Shown here piece by piece: positions 57,024-64,000 of a stretch of DNA of 64,000 bases. Both the position numbers and the translations under genes were made by a program. The notes beneath the pieces are model-generated. The model had not been told where the DNA came from. It worked only from the letters and a program-made list of their open reading frames with translations, and made no database searches. Position 1 is the stretch's first letter; the number at the start of each line of letters is the position of its first letter. Source of the DNA: Armatimonadota bacterium (GTDB lineage Bacteria; Armatimonadota; Fimbriimonadia; Fimbriimonadales; GBS-DC); contig JABWCR010000014.1 in NCBI GenBank assembly GCA_013359125.1, positions 3,431 to 67,430 of the forward strand. The letters are read 5' to 3'.

Positions 57024-59702
57024 ATGAACCGGGTTTACCCAAGACGGGCAAAACAAGACGGCACGACGCTCATTATCGCGCTGCTGGTAATCGTTATCAT
57101 GGCTTCGCTGGGCGCCGTGTTCATCAGCCTCATCTCCAGGAACATCCGCTTTGCGGAGCGCGGGCGCGAAAGCCTGACCGAGCAGTACTTTGCCGAGGCA
57201 GGCATCCGATTTGCCGTCAATCAGCTTTCCCACAGCGAAGAGGGCGCCGATTGGCGACCTCAGCCGGACAACCTGGATATGACGCAACCCCTCATCGCTC
57301 GAGATCCCGATGCGCCTTTCTTGATGCCATATTCCCAGGCCGATCAATTTGATAACAATGGCGTCCGGGTCAGCGGACCTTCGGGCGGCTTTACGCGAAT
57401 CGCTTTTGGAAAGGGACGATCGCTGGTGCGAGTCAGCTACCAGCCTCAACTGAACGATCCGTTCTCTCACATGATCAAGATCGAATCGGTGGGACGAGTG
57501 GGCGAAGTCGATGCGAACGATCCGACGACCTTCATCAACGACGGACCGCTCAAGAGGCGCGTGCTGGTCGCATATGTCCAAATCGGCCTTGCCGACTATC
57601 TGCGCTTTGTCATGAACCATGATCGAAGAGCCACGCCGACCGAAGTCGGCGCGGACGAAATCGGCCTGGTCGATCCCCAGAACGCCGCGCAGAGCATCAC
57701 TCCGACCATCGTCTATGGTCTGCCTCAGGCTGCCGGCGCTGGATGGGGCGGCGCGCCCATGCGTTTCAACACCGACGTTCGCTTCCGCGGCAACGTTCAG
57801 ATGTTCGTCAACCCGGATTTTGAGCGCGTAGAGGTTGCCGGCAGCATCGACGTGCCGGGGTTGGCGGCCAATGGCACGCCGTCGGTAACGCTTAACGGCG
57901 TTCCCGTTTATCCCAGCAACCGACAACAGTTCAGCACGCACAACGGCCTTATCCGCGATGCCAGCGCGCGCGTCGATCCTTTCGGCTATCCGCGCAGCGC
58001 CGCCTACCTCGAACCGCCCCGCATGGACGTGGTGGACCCGGCCAGCGGGCAGAACCGTTACATCGCCCTCACCCGCGCATCGGGCCGGTGGCGGCAAGAC
58101 TTTGGCGGCAACTGGTACAACACCGGCCGAGACGGATACGGCCGTGGCATCTACATCAACAACACGGGCGACATCCAGCAAGAGAGCGGCAGTTTGGTCG
58201 GCGGCTATAGCATGCGATCGGACTGGCTCAATCCAGGCCGAAGTCCCTTCTGGAACGGCGCGTTCTACACGCCGCCGGGAGCCTATGTCGAACTGATCGA
58301 TCGAGCCGACGTCAATCCGTTGCGAGCCAAGTTCGGAATGGTCGTTACGCGAAATCAATCCAACAACAACGACACTTGGAGAGAGCCCGTATCGGGCAGG
58401 CGAACAAACATCAAGACCCTTGGCTTCTGGTTCCGAGCGCCCAACGACCGGTTCGATCCGCGCATCTACAACGATTTCACGCGCAACCAGCCGAACCAGG
58501 ATGTCGAGTTCAATGGCGTCATCTATCTCGAAGGCAATGTGCGAATCCGAGGCACGATCCCGCGCGGTCGGCAGATCACGATCGTAACCAACGGCACGGC
58601 CTACATAGAAGGGAACCTTTTAAAGGGCGACGCCTTCTCGTCGCTGGCTATCATCGCCAAGGACCATGTCTGCCTGAACACGACCCAGTTCCTTTCGAAA
58701 CTCCCAAGCGGACCTGCGGTCGCTGTAACCGATCCGTTGGACAGCGATGCACCGTTCCACTTTTCGACCGATGCCAATACGCCGCTCGACCTCAGTTTCT
58801 CATTCGGCGTCGATCCGACGACATACGACACCTTTAACACTTACGGCGTTCGGTATCTTACCAGGCACTCCGGCGCTTCCGTCGCTTCATTGATCAACCT
58901 ACTGATCAATCCTGGCGTGGACAACAGCCCGCTCAACGATTTTTATCTGTTCAACCTGCCCAACTTTGCGCCGAACCTCTATGTGCTGCAGAATCAGGCC
59001 AGTCAGATTTATCCGCGCTACGAGCGAGGCGGCATCAACCTGCTTCCGCCGACCAACAACTACGCGATATACGTCCAGCCAGGTTGGGAGAACCTCCTAA
59101 GGTTTCAACTGGACCCGACGGTTAGCGCGCCTTCTGGCAATCAGAACTACTTCTTTAGCACGGGCGCCGTGGTGCCGAACGATTGGGTCGTCCAAGCGGC
59201 CCTCTATGCCCAGAACGGCAGTTTCTTCGTTATCCCAGGCTATTGGCACAACACCAACACGGACGACACTCGCGCCAACTTTGCCGCTCGGGGCACGAGG
59301 CCGCTGGGGGTCTTGTCGCCAGACGTTCCGTTCTACGGCGAACCCTTGGACATTAAGATCACGATCGAAGGCGCGATCGCAGAGAACACAGCGGCTTCGT
59401 TGCACGACCAGAGCGAATGGCTCAAACGATGGGGATGGATTCCGCTGACCTATGGCAATTCCGGACAAGAGATTCCGTCCACTCACCAACAGTTTATGCA
59501 TCACGCCGATTACGCGGCCAATCTCTTTATGCGGTACGACCGCACTTGGCGCAGGCCGTTCAGCAACACTGTTACGCCCGAACCGTTGAGGATCGCGAAT
59601 TTTCCAGATCCGTCGGGCACGCATCCCGGTCGGCTTTTGCCGGCTGCGCCTAAACTGCCTGTCTGCCCCAAGCCTGTTTATGTAGGAGAGGATAGAAGAT
59701 GA
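57024..59702 (+). CDS. Very large PilX/GspK-like pseudopilin (892 aa) lacking Glu5
   Basis: QDG|TTLIIALLVIVIMASLGAVFISL has Ile at +5. It is followed by the PilX_N/GspK-like AEAGIRFAVNQL. It begins 1 nt after the upstream stop. Confidence 0.8.
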   Translation: MNRVYPRRAKQDGTTLIIALLVIVIMASLGAVFISLISRNIRFAERGRESLTEQYFAEAGIRFAVNQLSHSEEGADWRPQPDNLDMTQPLIARDPDAPFLMPYSQADQFDNNGVRVSGPSGGFTRIAFGKGRSLVRVSYQPQLNDPFSHMIKIESVGRVGEVDANDPTTFINDGPLKRRVLVAYVQIGLADYLRFVMNHDRRATPTEVGADEIGLVDPQNAAQSITPTIVYGLPQAAGAGWGGAPMRFNTDVRFRGNVQMFVNPDFERVEVAGSIDVPGLAANGTPSVTLNGVPVYPSNRQQFSTHNGLIRDASARVDPFGYPRSAAYLEPPRMDVVDPASGQNRYIALTRASGRWRQDFGGNWYNTGRDGYGRGIYINNTGDIQQESGSLVGGYSMRSDWLNPGRSPFWNGAFYTPPGAYVELIDRADVNPLRAKFGMVVTRNQSNNNDTWREPVSGRRTNIKTLGFWFRAPNDRFDPRIYNDFTRNQPNQDVEFNGVIYLEGNVRIRGTIPRGRQITIVTNGTAYIEGNLLKGDAFSSLAIIAKDHVCLNTTQFLSKLPSGPAVAVTDPLDSDAPFHFSTDANTPLDLSFSFGVDPTTYDTFNTYGVRYLTRHSGASVASLINLLINPGVDNSPLNDFYLFNLPNFAPNLYVLQNQASQIYPRYERGGINLLPPTNNYAIYVQPGWENLLRFQLDPTVSAPSGNQNYFFSTGAVVPNDWVVQAALYAQNGSFFVIPGYWHNTNTDDTRANFAARGTRPLGVLSPDVPFYGEPLDIKITIEGAIAENTAASLHDQSEWLKRWGWIPLTYGNSGQEIPSTHQQFMHHADYAANLFMRYDRTWRRPFSNTVTPEPLRIANFPDPSGTHPGRLLPAAPKLPVCPKPVYVGEDRR

Positions 59703-62700
59703 AAACCAAGCGATTTGACCGATTGATCAAGGGCGGCTTGGCCGCCTTAGCCATTTTCAGCGCTGCTCAAACGGCGATCGCCGATGGGCGCGGATACGGG
59801 CCTCGGAGAGCCGAGATCAATGCCGCGGTCGTGGTCCTCTCCAACCAGCCCGACGATCCCAATATCGCGCCGGGCGCGGACGACAGCCGAGACTGGTACG
59901 CCTTTTTCGCCCTCGATTCGCGCACCGACCTCAAACCGCCTGGCTGGGAGTTCTTGAATCCTTACGCTCCTGCTGATACCGGCAAGCGGTCTGCACGCTA
60001 TTGGAAGGTTCGACTGAGCCAACTGAGCGACAACCAACTGATGCGCTACAACGTGCTGTTGCTGTCGGCGGCGCCGGCCTCGTTCCGTATGAGCCTAAGC
60101 GATCGGGACAAACTTCGACGCTTTGTCGATGCGGGCGGCGTGCTTTGGGTCGAGATCCCTGCGGGATGGAACAGGGGGCAGAACATCTTCTTCCCAGACG
60201 TTCGCAATACAATATCCGCCGGGGGGGCAGCTGGCATCTTTGCTATCGACCACCCCATGCTCCGAGGTTACTACACGCTCAATCCGACAGAAGCGCTCAA
60301 CCTTGGCGTTATCAGAACCTCCGCGTTTACTCTGTCGGTCAGCGAACTGATACCCGTCATCGGCACTTCGACCAACCAGAATATGCTGGCGTCGGGAATG
60401 TACGGAAGCGGACGGATCGTGGTGAGTTCGATTGGCATCGCGCAGTCGCTCAGTCAGCCCTTTGGGTCTGGTCCGGCGGCGCTCGCATCGGCCGTAAAGT
60501 TGGTTCCACCCAAGGATCTCAAGCTGATTTACAATGCTGTCCGTTGGGCCGGCTCCACCTCGACGCCCAGCAAAGATTTTCGAAGGTCCAACCATGCGTT
60601 CGATCGATACGGTGCCCCGATGGCCAACAAATGGCAGGCGGCAGGCATCAATCCAGTTGCAACGCCCACCATTCACAAAGGATTTGTCTATATTGCCGAC
60701 GGCGGTCGTCTCATGTGTTTTGACGGTTTCCCCCGCAGGGATGCCGACCTGGACGGCAGCAGCGACGACGGCATACCCGATCTGTTTCGCAATCCGCCCA
60801 TTCCGGGACGTACCTACGACCAGGTTTGGGAAGCTCGGTTAAGCGGCGGCCAATCGAGCAGTCCGGTCGTCGTCCAGGTCGCGCGGCAACAGCCCGGCGG
60901 CCAAGTAACGCCCGAAGACTTAGTGATCGTGGTCGGCGATTCCGACATACGCGCCTACCGCGCCGTGCCGAGATTGCCAAACGGACGCATCAGCCCGGTT
61001 GGAGAATTGGCATGGACCGTCAACTGGGGCGATTTTGGCGGAGCCCCGCTCTCGCCGGCCCGGCTGCCTAACGGCGAGACCGTCGGAGCGCTCTATGCCG
61101 ACGGCCTGATCATGATCCCGTGCGAATCTTCCAGCGGCGGCAACAACCATGCGGGCATGGTCGCGATCTGGGGGCCGACCGGACAGACGATGTACAGTTT
61201 CGATCGCAATCAGCCAGGCGTGCCGATCCCGTGGGTACAGCCCAACCCGCGAAGCGTCGTTCCGGTCAGCACGTGGAAGGCGCATCCTGCCATGGGATGG
61301 GTGCCTAACACCAGCCAGGGCGGCGGGGTCGATCTGGTCGCCTATCTGCCGGGCGAACAGCAGTTCGGCCAGGGCCAAACCGTAACCCAGCCGACCGTGT
61401 TTGCGTTTTGGGTGGGCGCAAGAGGAGAACTTTTGCAACAAGAGGCGGTCGGCTCTGGGCTGTTCTCTACTCGCCTCACTCGCGTCTCGGGCGCGGATAT
61501 GTTCATCATTAACAACCAGTCCAACCCCGGTTGGGAATTGAGACCTCGCGTCTATGCGGAAAACCGGCTGACGAGCACAGTGGTCGAAGTGCCTGACACG
61601 GCGCTGAACTTTGCGCAGGGCAACGGCCGCGTGCAGATCGATCCGACTTGGGATCCGGCCATCTACAACCTCTACATCGACTACTTCCTCGATTGGAAAG
61701 CCGTCGTCCAAACGGCGCTTTTCCGAACCTTTATGACCTTGGCCTCGGCCAGTGCTGCCGGACAGAACCCGTATGCCAACGAGATCGCGGGCGTAACCCT
61801 GGCCCCCGATGGCACGCTGTTCGTCGCCTCCCACGCTACCGATGCCACTGCGCCGCTAAGCAATGGCAACGTCTTCGCCGTCGAAGAGCGCTTTAGCGAC
61901 GGACGCACGAGCGGCACTCGCGTGCTATGGCGCTGGCAAGCCCACGGCGGATACACGCAAATCGTAGCCGGTCAGGTAACCGGCATTCCGGCCTCGCTCA
62001 ACTGGATGGACACCAGCCTTCCGTTCTTTAATCAGTGGATCAACAGCGGTTTGATGGATTTTGGCGAACCCGGAAACAACCAAGACAACGATCAGATGCA
62101 CGTTCGATTTACCCATCCGCCGGTCTACGCGAACGGCGTGCTGTACCTGGTGGGAGAAGGGCGCGTGCGCTTCTTTGGGTTCCCAGTCGGCTACAGTGTG
62201 CTGATGGCGCTCGACGCCAATCCGAATCAGTTCGAGATTCGCCTGGGCGCGCCGATCACTAGCCCGACCGGCACGATCCTCATCCGACAACTGGATTATG
62301 CTCGCGGCGGCCGAATCAATGGCGCCACCAACACCATCTCGATCAATCCGAACGGGAACGACCGCCGGATCGAGCTGAAAATGGAAGGCGGCGTGATCCG
62401 ATTCAAGTCCTTCGCCGACTACACACAAAGTCGCCCCGACCTGATGAACAACGTGCTCAGCCTGAGCCAGCCGGTCGAGGTCAATATCAGCGGCCAAAGC
62501 TACTTCATCCGGCCAAGCGACCCGCAACTGTCCGGCACTTGGAACAACCTGCTTTGGTATGTCGTTTCTCCAACGGGCACGGCGCAAGGTCCGCCGGTGG
62601 TGATGGGCGATATCGTCTACACGCCGATGAACAACACCTTCTTTGATCCCGGCCAAGGCGGCATCACCACGTTTGGCGGCGTAACCGCCATGAGCGCGAA

Positions 62701-64000
62701 TCCGAAAAGGGAACTGCCCAACCTGACCCGAGGCGGACAGGTGCCTCTGATCGGAGTGGAAGCCATGCTCTGGCCAAGCCTCAAAGATCTGCCCGCCGAT
62801 GCCCAGAACAATCCGGGCGCGTTTCTGCGAGAATTGATCGTGCGCTTCCGCAACAGTTCGATTCTCGGAAGCAACGTGAGGCCTCTCGCCTTCGGCGACG
62901 GATTGCTGATGGCCAGCGGCAGCGAAGGCATGGTGGCCTACGAGCGCGAGTTCACGCTCATTGCCGACAACGGACGAATCATCGAACTGGATACCGAAAG
63001 CACAGTGGCCTGGGCGGCGGAGAACAGCGAACTGCTGACCCAACTCACAGGATCGACCGAGGCCGTCGTCAAAACGCCTATCGGTTCTTCCGCTCGAGTC
63101 TATCGCATCAACCCCAACGAGATGCTGGTGGTCGATTCGACCAACGACCGAGTGATCGTGATGGATCGTAGCGGCAACGAAAGACGAATCATTAAGTCGT
63201 TCGTGCCCGATCGCGCGCCGATCAGAGCGGCTAACGGCAACATCGTCAATTTTGCAACAACCCGAGACGCCAATCGGCCAACCGGATGGGTCGGGGGCGA
63301 TTCGGTTACCCTGCGCTCACCCAGCGATGCGGCCACTTGGACAGAGTTCGTGCCCAATGCCAACAACCCGTTTGCCTACAAGTCGCCAACGGGCCTGGAG
63401 TATTGGGTCCACTATTTGATCGCGGACACGGGCAACTTCCGAATAGTCGATGTGGTCGATCGATATGCGGCCGACGCGACCACCCGCGCCGTGCGAGGAG
63501 TCTTGATCGATCCGAGCACCAATCAGGAGCAGCTAAACATGCTCAACTGGGTCTCGCCCACGTCGACCGACGGCAAAACCTACCGATACGTGGGTGCCAA
63601 TCGATTCCAATACGGCATTCTGAACCCTGGGCAGGCCAACGAGACTCCCGTGTGGGGATTTGCAAGCCTGGTGCAGAACTATCGGGCAGGTGGGACGGCC
63701 GCAACGCCGCAAGATCGCCAATCGCCCGAAGAAGGCATGATCATCCTGCAGATCAACAATGCCGACGGCACGACCAGTCTCAACTATTGCCGCAGGATGC
63801 GCATCCGGCTTCCTGGCCAAGGCGTCGTTGAAAGACCACTGATCAACCCGGTTTCGATCGCGGTTTCTCCGAACGGGCTGGCCGGCAATGTCGGAAATGT
63901 CCAACTTTTCGACATTCGGGTCATGTTCGTCGATGCGACCGGCGTCTACGAGTTGACGCCCAATCCAAACTCCGAAACTTGGGACTGCGTTTGGGCGTTC
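59699..64000 (+). CDS. Giant secreted protein (>1433 aa), PilY1-like by position and beta-propeller-like repeats; 3' end beyond the window
   Basis: My own translation from the ATG at 59699 (ATGA overlap with the upstream stop, GGAGAGGA SD) stays open to nt 64000. Signal peptide MKTKRFDRLIKGGLAALAIFSAAQTAIA. Repeated strand motifs occur, such as GFVYIADGGRLMCFDG, ANGVLYLVGEG and GDIVYTP. It is absent from the ORF track because it has no stop in the window. Confidence 0.8.
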   Translation, partial: MKTKRFDRLIKGGLAALAIFSAAQTAIADGRGYGPRRAEINAAVVVLSNQPDDPNIAPGADDSRDWYAFFALDSRTDLKPPGWEFLNPYAPADTGKRSARYWKVRLSQLSDNQLMRYNVLLLSAAPASFRMSLSDRDKLRRFVDAGGVLWVEIPAGWNRGQNIFFPDVRNTISAGGAAGIFAIDHPMLRGYYTLNPTEALNLGVIRTSAFTLSVSELIPVIGTSTNQNMLASGMYGSGRIVVSSIGIAQSLSQPFGSGPAALASAVKLVPPKDLKLIYNAVRWAGSTSTPSKDFRRSNHAFDRYGAPMANKWQAAGINPVATPTIHKGFVYIADGGRLMCFDGFPRRDADLDGSSDDGIPDLFRNPPIPGRTYDQVWEARLSGGQSSSPVVVQVARQQPGGQVTPEDLVIVVGDSDIRAYRAVPRLPNGRISPVGELAWTVNWGDFGGAPLSPARLPNGETVGALYADGLIMIPCESSSGGNNHAGMVAIWGPTGQTMYSFDRNQPGVPIPWVQPNPRSVVPVSTWKAHPAMGWVPNTSQGGGVDLVAYLPGEQQFGQGQTVTQPTVFAFWVGARGELLQQEAVGSGLFSTRLTRVSGADMFIINNQSNPGWELRPRVYAENRLTSTVVEVPDTALNFAQGNGRVQIDPTWDPAIYNLYIDYFLDWKAVVQTALFRTFMTLASASAAGQNPYANEIAGVTLAPDGTLFVASHATDATAPLSNGNVFAVEERFSDGRTSGTRVLWRWQAHGGYTQIVAGQVTGIPASLNWMDTSLPFFNQWINSGLMDFGEPGNNQDNDQMHVRFTHPPVYANGVLYLVGEGRVRFFGFPVGYSVLMALDANPNQFEIRLGAPITSPTGTILIRQLDYARGGRINGATNTISINPNGNDRRIELKMEGGVIRFKSFADYTQSRPDLMNNVLSLSQPVEVNISGQSYFIRPSDPQLSGTWNNLLWYVVSPTGTAQGPPVVMGDIVYTPMNNTFFDPGQGGITTFGGVTAMSANPKRELPNLTRGGQVPLIGVEAMLWPSLKDLPADAQNNPGAFLRELIVRFRNSSILGSNVRPLAFGDGLLMASGSEGMVAYEREFTLIADNGRIIELDTESTVAWAAENSELLTQLTGSTEAVVKTPIGSSARVYRINPNEMLVVDSTNDRVIVMDRSGNERRIIKSFVPDRAPIRAANGNIVNFATTRDANRPTGWVGGDSVTLRSPSDAATWTEFVPNANNPFAYKSPTGLEYWVHYLIADTGNFRIVDVVDRYAADATTRAVRGVLIDPSTNQEQLNMLNWVSPTSTDGKTYRYVGANRFQYGILNPGQANETPVWGFASLVQNYRAGGTAATPQDRQSPEEGMIILQINNADGTTSLNYCRRMRIRLPGQGVVERPLINPVSIAVSPNGLAGNVGNVQLFDIRVMFVDATGVYELTPNPNSETWDCVWAF

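Noticed and set aside
55271-63043. Long minus-strand ORFs inside the pilin cluster (55271-56335, 57006-58358, 60920-61834 and 61925-63043) and plus-strand off-frame ORFs (60001-60723 and 63286-63831).
   Set aside because: They are antisense or out of frame to the large class III-signal proteins and to the open-ended ORF from 59699. None has a start context or motifs.

Overview
This is a GC-rich (about 60% by eye) bacterial chromosomal window that is densely coding. I found no rRNA, tRNA, CRISPR array, transposase or integrase. All calls come from reading the supplied translations and the DNA; no database search was run.

The backbone is housekeeping:
- class A PBP and PBP2
- grpE-glmM-coaX
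- aldehyde dehydrogenase and FKBP isomerases
- thiC behind a TPP riboswitch
- topA
- miaA-hfq-dapF
- rimI-tsaD
- an M16 peptidase pair

Four regions deserve a second look:
1. **Riboswitch-controlled operon (2775-8333).** A well-matching c-di-AMP (ydaO-yuaA class) riboswitch at about 2775-2925 precedes a tightly coupled four-gene operon. The genes are an AsnB-like amidotransferase, an opine-dehydrogenase-family enzyme, a protein fusing a B12-binding DxHxxG domain to a mutase-like domain, and a PHP phosphatase. This gene set is not a typical target of this riboswitch class. It looks like an undescribed small-molecule, possibly osmolyte, pathway.
2. **Type IV pilus/T2SS-like minor-pilin operon (51447-64000+).** It starts with two tandem small DUF1559-like pilins. 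Three very large pseudopilins follow (598, 619 and 892 aa), and the third lacks Glu5 as GspK/PilX do. The last gene is a secreted PilY1-like ORF of more than 1433 aa. That ORF is missing from the supplied track because it runs off the window.
3. **Giant secreted protein (43296-46751).** It is 1151 aa and glycine-rich, and contains about 15 in-frame decapeptide (30 bp) repeats.
4. **Candidate structured RNA (about 32873-33047)** between the thiC riboswitch and topA.

A recurrent GGTAnAAT -10 box sits 6-11 nt from several start codons, which suggests leaderless or near-leaderless mRNAs.

The prepilin-type paralogs and overall gene content suggest an Armatimonadota or PVC-like lineage. That placement is only a guess.
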